Shown here one piece after another: positions 48,801 to 58,369 of a stretch of DNA of 64,000 nt. Position 1 is the first letter of the stretch. The number at the start of each line of letters is the position of its first letter. The translations under genes and the position numbers were made by a program. The DNA comes from a virus. Taxonomy: Duplodnaviria; Caudoviricetes. The notes beneath the pieces were generated by a model that worked only from the letters and a program-made list of their open reading frames with translations, was not told where the DNA came from and made no database searches. The stretch lies in IMG/VR virus record IMGVR_UViG_2930414654_000002, positions 96-64,095 of that record. One strand, given 5' to 3'.

Positions 48801-50810
48801 CTGAGCCCGGTGTTCCACGGGATCGCCGTGGTGGTCACCTGGTGGTGGCAGAACATCGTGCGCCGGTACTTCGGGCTGGTGCGGGGTGCGTTCCGCCTGG
48901 TGGCGAAGGTCGCAACGTGGCTGTGGCGGAACATCTTGTCGCCCGTGTTCCGCGGCATCGGGAGGGTCATCTCCTGGTGGTGGACCAACGTCGTCAAGCG
49001 CTACTTCGGCTTCGTGAAGTCGGCGATCCGCACGATGGCGGGCGTCTTCAAGTGGCTGTGGAAGAACATCATCAAGCCCGTGTGGTCGGGTATCCGGACG
49101 GCGATCCGCGTCGCCTGGGAGAAGGGCATCCGGCCCGCCTTCAACGCCATCAAGAGCGCGGTGTCGAAGGTCGCGGACAGCTTCCGGAAGGCTAAGGACG
49201 CCCTGGGCAAATCCTGGGCGAAGATCAAGAGCCTGACGAAGAAGCCGATCAAATGGGTGATCGACTTCGTGTACAACAAGGGCGTCCGCGGCCTGTGGAA
49301 CACGGCCGCGAAGGTCCTGCCGATCAAGAAGCTGCCGGTGTTCAAGTTCGCCACCGGCGGCCCGGTTCACGGCCCGGGTACGGCGACGTCTGACAGCATC
49401 CCCGCACGGCTGTCCCGCGGCGAGCACGTGTGGACCGCGCGCGAAGTGCAGGGAGCCGGCGGACACGGTGCCGTCGAGGGGCTCCGGGCTGCGGCCCGCG
49501 GGGGAGCGGGCCAGAGCGGTCCGGCTCCCGCGGCTGGCGGTGTGCCCGGATTCGCACTGGGTGGAGCCGTCGACTGGTTCAAGGGGGCAGGTGAGCAGCT
49601 CGCCGGGGGTGCTCGTGCGGTCGCCGGGTCCGTCTCCAAGGGTCTGGGCAAGCTGAAGGATGCCGCCTTGGGCGGCGTGTACAAGGCCGCGTCGGCGGCG
49701 GCCAAGCCCATCCGATCCCTGATCAACAAGGTGCCCGGCGGCACCAAGGGCTGGGGCTCGCTGGCCAAGGCCGTCCCCTCTGGACTTCTCACCGAGGCGC
49801 TGTCCGCCATCAAGGGGTCGGAGACCTCGGAGCTGGGCGGGCAGGGCGTCGCCCGTGCGCTGAAGTGGGCGCGCTCGCAGGCAGGGAAGCCCTACCAGTG
49901 GGGCGGCGCAGGCAACCCGAGCTTTGACTGCTCGGGGTTCCTCAGCAGCATCCAGAAGGTCATCCAGGGCAAGAAGCCCAAGGGGCGCCTGTGGTCCACG
50001 TTCTCCTTCTCCGGGAAGAGAGCTCCGGCTGGGTGGGAGTACCACAAGCGCAGCCCGTACCAGATCGGCATCACGAACAAGGGCAAGGGGCACACGGCGG
50101 GCACCTTGGCCGGGACGAACGTGGAGTCGCGCGGTGGCGACGGCGTCGTCGTCGGCTCCCGGGCCCGCGGCTACAACAGCCCGATGTTCGGGAAGAACTG
50201 GTACGGGTTCAAGCCTGCCATCGGTGGTGGCGGCGGCAAGTCGGTGAAGGCCGCGCAGGCCACGGCTCGCCAGATGTTGGGTGAGTTCGGCTGGTCGCAA
50301 AAGCAGTGGCCGCCGCTCAAGAAGTTGTGGACCCGTGAGTCCGGGTGGCGCTGGAACGCGAAAAACCCCAGCTCAGGCGCCTACGGGATTCCGCAGGCGC
50401 TTCCGGCTTCCAAAATGCGGTCGGCTGGCGCGGACTGGCGCACCAACCCGGCCACACAGATCAAGTGGGGCATGGGCTACATCAAGAAGCGCTACGACTA
50501 CGGCACCCCGGCGAGGGCCTGGGCGAGGTGGCAGTCAAGGTCGCCGCACTGGTACGACGACGGTGGTCTGCTCCAGCCCGGCCTCAACCTCGTCGCGAAC
50601 GGAACAGGCCGGCCCGAGCCGGTACTGACTGGCAGGCAGTGGGACGTACTGACGGGGGCTGCAGCACGTGGCACCGACGAGCCCGCACTCGGCGACCTCT
50701 CGGTGACCGTGTACGTCGGCGATCGGGAGATCACGGATATCGCGCGGGCTGAGGTGCGGCGGTCGAACGGTGAGGTTTTGACGGCGCTGGGTGCGCGGGC
50801 GGGGAGGTGA
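45825..50810 (+). CDS. Tape measure protein with NlpC/P60-like and lytic transglycosylase domains
   Basis: 1661 aa, helical with Trp-spaced repeats; PYQWGG..FDCSG..GHT; RESGW...AYGIPQALP. Confidence 0.93.
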   Translation: MAISVGSVEVDVIPNTKGIYNHLKSALVPAAAKAGEDAGKAAGRSFGPAMQSEVGQVGLQIGQQIGAQIAARITAEIRGALRDGVTQGGRTARPAAAKQGEQAGGAFARSARARIEAAFRSLPDVTVGADTSEADSDLQALRARMETLAGKRIGVDIDTGEARAEITELEDQLRRLGAAHPNPTVRADTAAARAQLAEVRAELDRISADRTTIRLEADGTFGQRLRAAVQQAESSLPNINIGADTTPAQGEIASLRAQLTALRDVRVGVDIDAATAQAKITELQGRLERLSASDADVAVRVDAAAAATQLAAVQAMVNRLDGQTARVRVDTSAAVRALIQLSIAVGGVAVLPAVPALAAGLGAVTAAATVAAAGVGALAAVAVPAVKDIAGALQAQKAAQEAASRATASGGQASAQAARHALTQASAQQALAAAERNGARQIAQAQRQVRQARQAAADAAATAAQRQEAAARAVQDAERALSSAQRDARQAQQDLTDARREAARELEDLNARLAGAQLSQRDAVLSVREAQVSLARTMKDAGSSELDRARAQLAYDQAVQRLKDQTVETKRLKAETAAANKAGVSGSDTVRSAQQRLASTQQQVADRARGVRDAQVEAARAQTQAARDVAAAQERVGEATRNVAVAQQSAADAVSSAQRQIRSAELSAAGGADQAAAAQAKYRAALAKMTPATRGTFNAFVSLRKAFTAWSRSLQPAVMPIFTRALNGMKNSLPGLTPLVLAAARGIKTLQDRVSAGFKSPWWKSFKKDVQGSVEPAVVSLGVSFGRIFKGMAGIVQAFLPHMDSISERMESITGRFANWGTGLKGSPEFERFLDYAAKFGPKLASTLGDLGRAFLDVSQALIPLQGPVLDVLGALARGIASIATTLPWLIQLMYAALIVTRLWTIGMVIFNAVMQANPITLIILGIIALVAIVVYAYKRWGWFRTAVQAAWEGIKTAALWAWNVVLKPVFNALVVAIRWVAKIAVWLWHNVLSPVFHGIAVVVTWWWQNIVRRYFGLVRGAFRLVAKVATWLWRNILSPVFRGIGRVISWWWTNVVKRYFGFVKSAIRTMAGVFKWLWKNIIKPVWSGIRTAIRVAWEKGIRPAFNAIKSAVSKVADSFRKAKDALGKSWAKIKSLTKKPIKWVIDFVYNKGVRGLWNTAAKVLPIKKLPVFKFATGGPVHGPGTATSDSIPARLSRGEHVWTAREVQGAGGHGAVEGLRAAARGGAGQSGPAPAAGGVPGFALGGAVDWFKGAGEQLAGGARAVAGSVSKGLGKLKDAALGGVYKAASAAAKPIRSLINKVPGGTKGWGSLAKAVPSGLLTEALSAIKGSETSELGGQGVARALKWARSQAGKPYQWGGAGNPSFDCSGFLSSIQKVIQGKKPKGRLWSTFSFSGKRAPAGWEYHKRSPYQIGITNKGKGHTAGTLAGTNVESRGGDGVVVGSRARGYNSPMFGKNWYGFKPAIGGGGGKSVKAAQATARQMLGEFGWSQKQWPPLKKLWTRESGWRWNAKNPSSGAYGIPQALPASKMRSAGADWRTNPATQIKWGMGYIKKRYDYGTPARAWARWQSRSPHWYDDGGLLQPGLNLVANGTGRPEPVLTGRQWDVLTGAAARGTDEPALGDLSVTVYVGDREITDIARAEVRRSNGEVLTALGARAGR

Positions 50811-50811
50811 C

Positions 50812-53052
50812 ATGGCGATCCCGGGAAATCTCCTCAGTGCGACGACGGAGATGGTGGATCCGAACACGTCCGGCTGGGCGGCGCGGCTGAACTGTGCGCT
50901 GTCGCTGGCGTCGGGTGGGCGGAATGGTGACGGCTGCCTGAAGCTCACCTCGGCGGCGGCTGGGGAGATGCAGGCGCGCACGTTCTCGTCGGTGCCGGTG
51001 GAGGCCGGCTCGCTGTACTGGACGTTCGCGGACGCGTCGTCGTCGGCGCAGCCGGAGCGGATCGGTATCCGCTGGCTGGACGCGGCGGGCGCCGAACTGT
51101 CGGTGACGTGGTCGCTGACGACGGCGACAGCCTCGGCGAGCTGGCATCGCGTGTCGGTGGCCGGGGTCGCCCCCTCCAGCGCGGCGCGGGCGCAGGTGCT
51201 GCTGTCGTCGACCGTCGCCGGGGCGGGAGTGGTGCACTACTGGGAGAACGTCTACCTGGGCCTGCCGATCCGCTACCCCGGCAACCTGCTGTCCTTCAAC
51301 GCTGAGGCGGGCGGGGAGGTCGACGCGTCGGCGTGGGCTGCGGAGTCGAACGCGACCGTCTCCCGGATCGCGCCGGTGTCGAGCTGGTCTGCGTCGTTCT
51401 ACAACGCGGGCGGCGAGCAGGTCGCGGTGACCGCCACAGCGGCGGGTGATGCGAGCGGCGAGTGCGTGGAGCGACCGCCCGTGACGCCGGGCGTCGAGTA
51501 TGTGGCGTTCGCCTACCTGGGGCCCGCCACCACCGGGTCGGCGACGTGGGTGGAGCTGCGGTTCTACGACGAGACGGACACGGTGCTGGAGGCGCACCGG
51601 GGGCCACTGGCGCCGCCGGGTACGGGCATGTACCGGCAGCTCACCTCCGGGATAGCCCCGGCGGGCGCGGTCGCCGCCAGTCTGGCGGTCGGCATCACCG
51701 GAGCCGGCGCCGGGGAGACGGTACGCACTGAGGGTGCGTTCGTCGGCGCGGTGGGCGCGGTACCGAACCCCGCGATCCGCACCGGCAACCTCCTCACCTG
51801 GGCGGACTGGGACTTCGAGGAAGGCGTCGGATCGTGGGCGGTCGCCTCCGGACCGGCCACCATCGCCCGGTCGTCGCCGTGGGGCGCGGAGCACGTCTTC
51901 GACTACTACGCGCTTACCGTGTCGTCGGCCACGGCGTCGGGGAGTGTCCTGCGGTCCGGCATCTATCCAGGTGTGACGGCGGGCGACAACTGGCGCGCCG
52001 AGACCTGGTTCAAGGTCAGCGCGGGCGGGTGGCAGATCGCGATCGCTGTCCGCTGGTACGACGACACCGATACCTACCTGTCCAGCAGCACCGCGATCAC
52101 GTTTGATGCGCCGACGCCCGGCTGGTGGCTCCTCGTCGATGACGCTGTCGCCCCGGCCGGCGCCACTCAGGGCCAGGTGGAGGTCACGCTCACCGCGACG
52201 TCGGGTAGCAGCGTCATGCAGCTCGACCGGCCGGCCCTGTGGCAAACCTTGCCGCGGGAAGAGGTAGCTGCGTTCGATGAGCAGGCGATGGTGCAGCTCA
52301 TCCTGCGGGAGCTGAGCGTCGGGCATCTGATGACGGTGTGGCGGGTTACGCCGGACGGTGGCCGCACTCTGGTCCGCGGCCCGGAGGGGCTGTATGACGG
52401 CTACTCGATCCCGGCCGACAGCCTGGTCATCGAGGACTATGAGGCGCCGCTCGGGGTGCCGGTGTACTACGTGATCGAGACGGTGGCGGTCGACGACAGC
52501 GCCCACAGCCACAAAATCACGGACACGGTGACGCTCACCGCAGGCGACCCCAACTACGCGTGGCTGACCGATCCGGCCCGGCCGGGTGTGGGACTGCAGG
52601 TGGCGGTGAAGACCGGGCCGGAGTGGCAGCAGGCGATCGAGCAGACCGTGTACCGGGTGCGTGGCCGGGCCACGCCCGTGGTGCTGGCGGACGTGCGTCA
52701 GTCCCGCGAGGGCAGCCTCGTCTGCTGGACACGCACCGACCAGGAGCGGGACGCACTCCGCTTCCTGCTGTCGACCGGGAACGTGCTGTTGTGGCGGTGC
52801 GCGCCCGGCATGGGCGAACCCGACGTGTACGTGGCGGTGGGCGAGGTGCAGTACCCGCGGATCGTGACGTATGCCCGCGAGGAGTGGCGGGAGTGGACGC
52901 TGCCGCTGACCGAGGTGGACATGCCCACTGGCGGGCAGGTCGGCTCCGCCACCTGGACCGTGTTCGACGTGGTTCTCGAGTACGACAGCGGCTACGACGT
53001 CCTCGACCGCTACGAGACGGTTTTCGACCTCGCCATCGACAGGAGGTCGTGA
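50812..53052 (+). CDS. Distal tail / minor tail protein with repeated carbohydrate-binding-like domains
   Basis: Three GNLL-initiated beta-sandwich-like units followed by a Dit-like C-terminus. Confidence 0.75.
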   Translation: MAIPGNLLSATTEMVDPNTSGWAARLNCALSLASGGRNGDGCLKLTSAAAGEMQARTFSSVPVEAGSLYWTFADASSSAQPERIGIRWLDAAGAELSVTWSLTTATASASWHRVSVAGVAPSSAARAQVLLSSTVAGAGVVHYWENVYLGLPIRYPGNLLSFNAEAGGEVDASAWAAESNATVSRIAPVSSWSASFYNAGGEQVAVTATAAGDASGECVERPPVTPGVEYVAFAYLGPATTGSATWVELRFYDETDTVLEAHRGPLAPPGTGMYRQLTSGIAPAGAVAASLAVGITGAGAGETVRTEGAFVGAVGAVPNPAIRTGNLLTWADWDFEEGVGSWAVASGPATIARSSPWGAEHVFDYYALTVSSATASGSVLRSGIYPGVTAGDNWRAETWFKVSAGGWQIAIAVRWYDDTDTYLSSSTAITFDAPTPGWWLLVDDAVAPAGATQGQVEVTLTATSGSSVMQLDRPALWQTLPREEVAAFDEQAMVQLILRELSVGHLMTVWRVTPDGGRTLVRGPEGLYDGYSIPADSLVIEDYEAPLGVPVYYVIETVAVDDSAHSHKITDTVTLTAGDPNYAWLTDPARPGVGLQVAVKTGPEWQQAIEQTVYRVRGRATPVVLADVRQSREGSLVCWTRTDQERDALRFLLSTGNVLLWRCAPGMGEPDVYVAVGEVQYPRIVTYAREEWREWTLPLTEVDMPTGGQVGSATWTVFDVVLEYDSGYDVLDRYETVFDLAIDRRS

Positions 53053-53053
53053 C

Positions 53054-54151
53054 GTGTACCCGCCTCCCTCCGGCCGGTTCCTGCCGACGCTGGTGGAGGC
53101 CCACACCCCCGTCACCGTCGTCCAGCTCCACAAGGCGGACGGCAGTGTTGTGGAGGTGGAGCACACCGCGGGCTCGGTGACGGTGGACAGGTCGCAGGCT
53201 GTGCGCCGCACCGCCACCGTGTCCGTCCCCGACACCGGCCTCATCCCCAGAACGCCAAGCGAGCAGCTCACCATCTACGGGGCGCGGCTGCGTATCGAGC
53301 GGGGCATCCGCTACGGCAACGGCAGCATCGAGACGGTGCCGGTGTTTTGGGGGCGGGTCGACACAGTGGACGGCGATCCCGACTACGGCCCGGTGGACAT
53401 CAAAGCCTCGGGCCTCGAGGCGACGGTGGCGGACGACAAGTTCACGGCCGCCTACTCGACGCGCGGCGGTGTCACCGCGGTGACCGCCATCCGCGGTCTC
53501 ATCCAGGAGTCCATCCCGGGCGCGGTCGTCACCAGCTACGCCACCGACCAGGTCATCGGGGTGCGCACCTGGGATGCGGAGGGGGATCGGTGGGCGGCGG
53601 TGCAGGAGTGCGCCACCGCCATCGGCGCCGAGGTGTACGCGGACGCCGACGGGCAGTTCGTCATCGCCGAGCTGCCGGACCTGCTGGTCGCGCCGATCTC
53701 GTGGCAGGTGGATGCGGGGGAGCGGGGGGCGCTCGTCTCCGCCAGCCGCGGCTACAACCGCGACGGCATGTACAACTGGGTGACGGCTCGTGGGGAGAAC
53801 ACCGAGGAGGACACCCCGCCTGTCTCGGCCTACGCCGCCGACGAGGACCCGACGTCGCCGACCTACGTGTACGGCAGCTTCGGCCGGGTGCCGACGTTCT
53901 ACAGCAGCGCGACGTTGACGACGACGACCCTCGCTCAGGCCGCGGCGAACAAGCTCCTCCGCGACAGCCTGAAGCCGAACGCCACCGCGGACCTGTCCAG
54001 CGTCCCGAACCCGTGCCTGGAGCCGGGCGACGTCCTCCGCGTCACCTACGCCAGCGGAGACCGCGACCTCCTACAAGTCGAATCCTTCTCCCTCGACCTG
54101 GTCGGCGGCGACTTCACCGTGCAGTGCATCGGCGGACGGGAGGACTCGTGA
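53054..54151 (+). CDS. Baseplate hub / Tal-like protein (DUF5047-like)
   Basis: GSVTVDR...RRT, YN.V...GE, PNP.LEPGDV. Confidence 0.8.
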   Translation: MYPPPSGRFLPTLVEAHTPVTVVQLHKADGSVVEVEHTAGSVTVDRSQAVRRTATVSVPDTGLIPRTPSEQLTIYGARLRIERGIRYGNGSIETVPVFWGRVDTVDGDPDYGPVDIKASGLEATVADDKFTAAYSTRGGVTAVTAIRGLIQESIPGAVVTSYATDQVIGVRTWDAEGDRWAAVQECATAIGAEVYADADGQFVIAELPDLLVAPISWQVDAGERGALVSASRGYNRDGMYNWVTARGENTEEDTPPVSAYAADEDPTSPTYVYGSFGRVPTFYSSATLTTTTLAQAAANKLLRDSLKPNATADLSSVPNPCLEPGDVLRVTYASGDRDLLQVESFSLDLVGGDFTVQCIGGREDS

Positions 54152-54747
54152 CCGGGATCAGCCCCCAGCAGCTCGCCGCAGCCATCCGCGGCGCCGCCGT
54201 CGAAGCCGGCCAAACGGCGCCCGTCGTGCGCGGCGCCGACTGGCGGCTCGCCACCGTCACCACCGTCAACAGCGATGGCACCGTCGACTGCGACGAGATC
54301 CGCGCCCGCCGTCTGCCCAGCTACCCGGCACCGCAGACGGGGGACGTCATCGTCGTCACCCGCTCCAGCTCCGGCAACTGGGCTGCGCTCGGCCGGCTGG
54401 AGAGCAGCGGCGCCGGCTGGACCAGCCTCACGCTCGCATCCGGCTACGTGTGGCCGGGCCACGGCTACAGCCCCGCCTACCTGGTGCAGGGCCGCCAGGT
54501 GACGTTCCGCGGTCGGGTCGGGCCGTCATCCGGAACCATCGCCAACGGGTCGACGATCGCCACGATCCCTACCGCGATCCGCCCGCCGGCCGGTGTGGAG
54601 GCCGGTTTCGGGGTGGCCCGGGACTCCACCATCAACCCCGCGGTCGTCCGCGCGGAGATCACCGACAGCGGCATTCTGCGGATCTACGAGACGACGAGTC
54701 AGCCCTCCTGGATCGCGCTCGACGGCATCACCTACTGGACCATCTAG
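54148..54747 (+). CDS. Minor tail protein
   Basis: OB-fold-like N-terminus; beta-rich C-terminus with IP.AIRP. Confidence 0.7.
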   Translation: MTGISPQQLAAAIRGAAVEAGQTAPVVRGADWRLATVTTVNSDGTVDCDEIRARRLPSYPAPQTGDVIVVTRSSSGNWAALGRLESSGAGWTSLTLASGYVWPGHGYSPAYLVQGRQVTFRGRVGPSSGTIANGSTIATIPTAIRPPAGVEAGFGVARDSTINPAVVRAEITDSGILRIYETTSQPSWIALDGITYWTI

Positions 54748-54755
54748 GAGGCCCC

Positions 54756-55367
54756 GTGCCCACCGACGACTACGGCCAGGGCGTGCCCTGGCTGGAGAAC
54801 TCCGACAAGCCGGATCTGCGGGCCGGGACGAAGGGGCTGGCCGACGCCCTCACCCCGCGGTCGATGATGCGGTTCTCGACGGCTGCCGAACGCAACGCCA
54901 CCATCACGTCGCCCGTGGCCGGGATGGTGGCCTGGCTGGCGACGGAGCAGCTGTTCACGGGCTACGACGGCACCGCCTGGGTCGTCCTCGCCGCGGGCTC
55001 CTCCCAGTGGACGACGATCAGCCTCGCGTCCGGCTACGCGCACGACGGCAACAGCAACGGCACCTGCCAGTACCGGTTGGTCAACTTCTTCGGCGAGATC
55101 AGCCTGATGTTCCGGGGCGGGGTCGGCATCACCTACTCCAGCGGCAACCCGCCCAACAGCAGCCAGATCAACGCTACGGCGTTGCCCGTGGCCGCCCGGC
55201 CGTCGACCAAGCGCACCATCACCTGCGCCTGCAGCGTGGTCGACACCACCCTGTCCAGCGTGAAGTTGGACATCAACCCGGAGGGGACGTTGGTCCTCAT
55301 CGGCATCGGCTCCTCGTCGGAGAACCCGCCCTGGGTCAGCCTCAACGGGACGTTCTGCTCCCTCTGA
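54756..55367 (+). CDS. Minor tail / receptor-binding candidate
   Basis: RF.TAAERNA...P.AGM..W...YDGTAW; C-terminus paralogous to the previous gene. Confidence 0.7.
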   Translation: MPTDDYGQGVPWLENSDKPDLRAGTKGLADALTPRSMMRFSTAAERNATITSPVAGMVAWLATEQLFTGYDGTAWVVLAAGSSQWTTISLASGYAHDGNSNGTCQYRLVNFFGEISLMFRGGVGITYSSGNPPNSSQINATALPVAARPSTKRTITCACSVVDTTLSSVKLDINPEGTLVLIGIGSSSENPPWVSLNGTFCSL

Positions 55368-55429
55368 ACCTGCACCACCTACCGCAGCCCCCGCCGCGTC
55401 GGCCGGGGCCTTTTCTGTGAGGAGGCCCC

Positions 55430-56251
55430 ATGGCCACACCCATGTCCGCGAGCGCGTTCGTCTCCGCCCTCAAGCGCGAGGGTGTCAAGGTGTCCGAGCG
55501 GTACAGCGGCTGGCGCACCCACAACCGCAACCACGTCGGCCAGTGGGGCGGCGTCAACGGCGTCCTCATCCACCACACCGCGGGCCGCGGCTCCCGGGCC
55601 CTCTGCTACAACGGCCGCTCCGACCTGCCCGGTCCGCTGTGCCACACGCATCTCGCGAAGGACGGCACCGCCACGATGATCGGCAACGGGCGGGCCAACC
55701 ACGCGGGGAAGGTCGCGCGCAACGCGTTCAACGCCGTCGTCAACGAGTCGTCCACGCACCCGCGGCCCTCGGCGTCCAGCGGCACAGTCGACGGCAACCG
55801 TCACTTCTACGGCATCGAGATCGAAAACCTCGGCACCGGCCACGACCCGTACCCGAGCGTCCAGTACGACGCCGCGGTCCGCTGGGCTGCCGCGATCTGC
55901 CGCCACCACGGCTGGACCGCCAACAGCGTGGTCGGCCACAAGGAAACGTCGATCGAGGGCAAGCCCGACCCCTCCTTCGACATGAACCGATTCCGCCGCG
56001 ACGTCGCCGCACGCCTCAAGGGCTCGGCCAGCAGCGGCGACTCAACGAACGACAGCAGCGAGGAGCTGAACATGAACGACAAGCAGGTCTTCGAAGCCGT
56101 GTGGGGACAGGACAAGCTGCCCGCCCCGTCCACGTCGAGCACGAAGGCAACGAACAAGACCTGGCAGCCCGGCAACCTGCTCCGCGAGCTGTACGACCGG
56201 GTCCGCGAGCTTCAGGACGCCGTCGCCGAGCTGTCGAAGAAGGTCAACTAG
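55430..56251 (+). CDS. Endolysin, N-acetylmuramoyl-L-alanine amidase
   Basis: IHHTA, GRANHAG, GIEIEN, GHKE...KPDP. Confidence 0.92.
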   Translation: MATPMSASAFVSALKREGVKVSERYSGWRTHNRNHVGQWGGVNGVLIHHTAGRGSRALCYNGRSDLPGPLCHTHLAKDGTATMIGNGRANHAGKVARNAFNAVVNESSTHPRPSASSGTVDGNRHFYGIEIENLGTGHDPYPSVQYDAAVRWAAAICRHHGWTANSVVGHKETSIEGKPDPSFDMNRFRRDVAARLKGSASSGDSTNDSSEELNMNDKQVFEAVWGQDKLPAPSTSSTKATNKTWQPGNLLRELYDRVRELQDAVAELSKKVN

Positions 56252-56304
56252 CCCGCAACCGGAAGCCGATCAGCCCATTTCTTCTCTGAAACGGATTCTC
56301 CGCT

Positions 56305-56556
56305 ATGAGCGATAGCCCCACCCTGCTGAAGACCGCCCGCACCTACCTCGTCGACCTCGTCGAGCGTGTGCTCGCCACGTTCGTCGTCGCCGCGGCCGGT
56401 GTCGCATTCGCCGCCGGCCCGGCCGACATGTTCTCCGCCAGCTTCTGGGAGACCGTCGCCGCGGCCGGGATCGCCGCCGCCGCATCCCTCGTCAAGGGAC
56501 TCCTCGCCAAGGGCATCGGCAGCCCCCAATCCGCCAGCACCGCGCCGAGGGTCTGA
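56305..56556 (+). CDS. Holin (r1t-like)
   Basis: DLVERVLATF, two TMs, after the endolysin. Confidence 0.8.
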   Translation: MSDSPTLLKTARTYLVDLVERVLATFVVAAAGVAFAAGPADMFSASFWETVAAAGIAAAASLVKGLLAKGIGSPQSASTAPRV

Positions 56557-56999
56557 TGGTGTGCCGCGCGGCCCGACGACTCAAGCAGCACCTGGGCCGC
56601 CGCGGCGCGTTTCTCCTCATCCTCGGTGTCGGCAAAATCTGCTGGGGTGTCGGATTCATCGCCGCCACACCCGCCAGCAGCAGCGGCCTCGACGTCCTGA
56701 CCCGGCTGTGTTCGCTCAGCCACTGGGGCTGGCTGTGGGTCGCCGCCGGCGCCATCATGATCTGCTCGTCGCTCGTCCGTATCGGCCGAGACCGGTTCGG
56801 GTTCATCGTTGCCCTCGTTCCCCCCACCGTGTGGGCACTCGCCTACGCCGTCGCCGCCATCCGCGGTGACTATCCCCGCGGCGCCTGGGTCGCGGTCTGG
56901 TATCTCACCTCCCATGTGGGGGTCATCCTGTGGGCCGCGTCGGTGCCCGAGCATTCGGTCCCCCGCCATCGCCGCGGCCGGAGAGGCACGGCGCCATGA
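56556..56999 (+). CDS. Four-TM membrane protein (lysis cassette)
   Basis: GRRGAFL and four hydrophobic helices. Confidence 0.7.
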   Translation: MVCRAARRLKQHLGRRGAFLLILGVGKICWGVGFIAATPASSSGLDVLTRLCSLSHWGWLWVAAGAIMICSSLVRIGRDRFGFIVALVPPTVWALAYAVAAIRGDYPRGAWVAVWYLTSHVGVILWAASVPEHSVPRHRRGRRGTAP

Positions 57000-57358
57000 C
57001 AGTAGGGGAGTGGGCGGCACTGCTGGCCGCCGCGGGCAGCGTGTTGGGGGGTGGGGGCTGGTTCGTGGCCCGCGCCACCGTCCGCGCTGCCGAAGCCACC
57101 GCCCGCGCCAACGAGGCGGCGGCCCGTGCGCAGGCCGAGCCGGAGCAGAGGCGCGCCGACCTGGAGGCATTCAAGACGATCCGCGACGACCTGCAGACGG
57201 AGGTGCGGAATCTGCGGCAGGAGACGACGCGGCTGCGGTCCATCGTCCGTGCGTTCGCCAGCTATGTGGGCGAGCTGACGATGCAGATGCGCACTGCGGG
57301 TGTGGATCCGGTGTCGCCGCCGGATCTGGTCGACGAGTACAACCGAACTGGAGTGTGA
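56996..57358 (+). CDS. TM + coiled-coil lysis-cassette protein
   Basis: N-terminal TM followed by a coiled coil. Confidence 0.7.
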   Translation: MTVGEWAALLAAAGSVLGGGGWFVARATVRAAEATARANEAAARAQAEPEQRRADLEAFKTIRDDLQTEVRNLRQETTRLRSIVRAFASYVGELTMQMRTAGVDPVSPPDLVDEYNRTGV

Positions 57359-57539
57359 CATGCCGTTGCAGTCGCCGGGGCCGACGCCGGCTCCGGATCC
57401 GGGGGGCGCCGACCTGGGCAGCCAGGTGGATATGGGGTGGGTGGAGCCGCCGCCCGAACCGTCACCGGAGCCGCCACCGCCGCCGTCCACGAACCCGTTC
57501 CTCGAACCCGCCCCGCCGCCGGACGAGACGGCATGACAA

Positions 57540-57569
57540 CGCCCCGCTGCCCTCACGGGCGGCGGGGCG
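57540..57569. terminator. End-of-late-operon hairpin
   Basis: CGCCCCGCTGCCC-TCAC-GGGCGGCGGGGCG between convergent genes. Confidence 0.7.
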
Positions 57570-57634
57570 CTTCGTCGTGTGCGGCTACCATGCAGATAGC
57601 CGCCCCGGTACTAGACCTACCGGGGCGGCGCGCA

Positions 57635-57856
57635 TCAGCGGCGGATGATGGTGAGGCAGTCGGGGCACCAGCGCTCGCCCGGTTTGTCGAGCCGCAGCGG
57701 TACCTCCCTCTTCCCGCTCGACATGACGATGCCGTCTTCGTCGCTGCACGCGATCCCCTGGAACGTGGCGTCCGGGTCCGGGCCGACCGGCTTGTGCCAG
57801 ATCAACTCCTCCGTGACACCACCGGGCCCCTTGATGCGTTCCGACACTGCCAGCAT
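57635..57856 (-). CDS. Small Zn-binding protein
   Basis: AAAGGA RBS; WH...IAC...WCPDC. Confidence 0.6.
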   Translation of the reverse strand: MLAVSERIKGPGGVTEELIWHKPVGPDPDATFQGIACSDEDGIVMSSGKREVPLRLDKPGERWCPDCLTIIRR

Positions 57857-57858
57857 GG

Positions 57859-58029
57859 TCAGTCCTTTCTGGTGTTGGCGGGCGGCTTCCCGACGCCTTC
57901 GCAGCGCTGCCCTCTACGGGGGTCGACGACGCTGCTGCTGCCGTTCAGGTGGTGGCGGACGGTGCCGTCCTTGGTGAGGAGGTAGTGGCGCCCACAGGCT
58001 GAGCACTTCCTGCGCTGGCGGTCAGCCAC
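57859..58029 (-). CDS. Small Zn-ribbon protein
   Basis: AAGGAG RBS + GTG; CSACGR...G.VRHH...CEG.G. Confidence 0.6.
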   Translation of the reverse strand: MADRQRRKCSACGRHYLLTKDGTVRHHLNGSSSVVDPRRGQRCEGVGKPPANTRKD

Positions 58030-58031
58030 GG

Positions 58032-58190
58032 TCAGTTCTCCTTGTCGCCGTGCGCGTGGGAGAGGAGCCGGTGAAGCCCCCACGCCTCGGTGCTCGGCGC
58101 CAGCCCCAGCACGTCGCGGATCGCGTGCGCCTCTTCGTCGGTCAGTTCGACCGTCGTCGTGCCGTCCTTCTTGATGTCGACCAGTTTCAT
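58032..58190 (-). CDS. Small hypothetical protein (52 aa)
   Basis: AAGGAGG RBS; MKLVDIKKDGTTTVELTDEEAHAIRDVLG. Confidence 0.55.
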   Translation of the reverse strand: MKLVDIKKDGTTTVELTDEEAHAIRDVLGLAPSTEAWGLHRLLSHAHGDKEN

Positions 58191-58369
58191 GATGCGTCCT
58201 CCTTTTGTGGTTGTTGGGGGGTGTCCGTGGTGTCTTCCACGGGGGTGATGCGGGCGACGGGTTTCCCGTGGCGGGTGAGTGTGACGACCGCGCCGGTGTA
58301 GCGGACTTCGTTGACGAGGTCGCCGAGGGTCTTGCGGGCTTCCTCGATACCGACCTTCTTGCTCGACAT
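58187..58369 (-). CDS. Phd/YefM-family DNA-binding protein
   Basis: VGIEEARKTLGDLV..V......LTRHGKPVARITP. Confidence 0.85.
   Translation of the reverse strand: MSSKKVGIEEARKTLGDLVNEVRYTGAVVTLTRHGKPVARITPVEDTTDTPQQPQKEDAS

Noticed and set aside
45897-50300. 1467-aa minus-strand ORF and many other long antisense ORFs (e.g. 50731-53274, 27096-29408, 1631-3370)
   Set aside because: Shadow frames of real genes in high-GC DNA, with no recognisable motifs or RBS.
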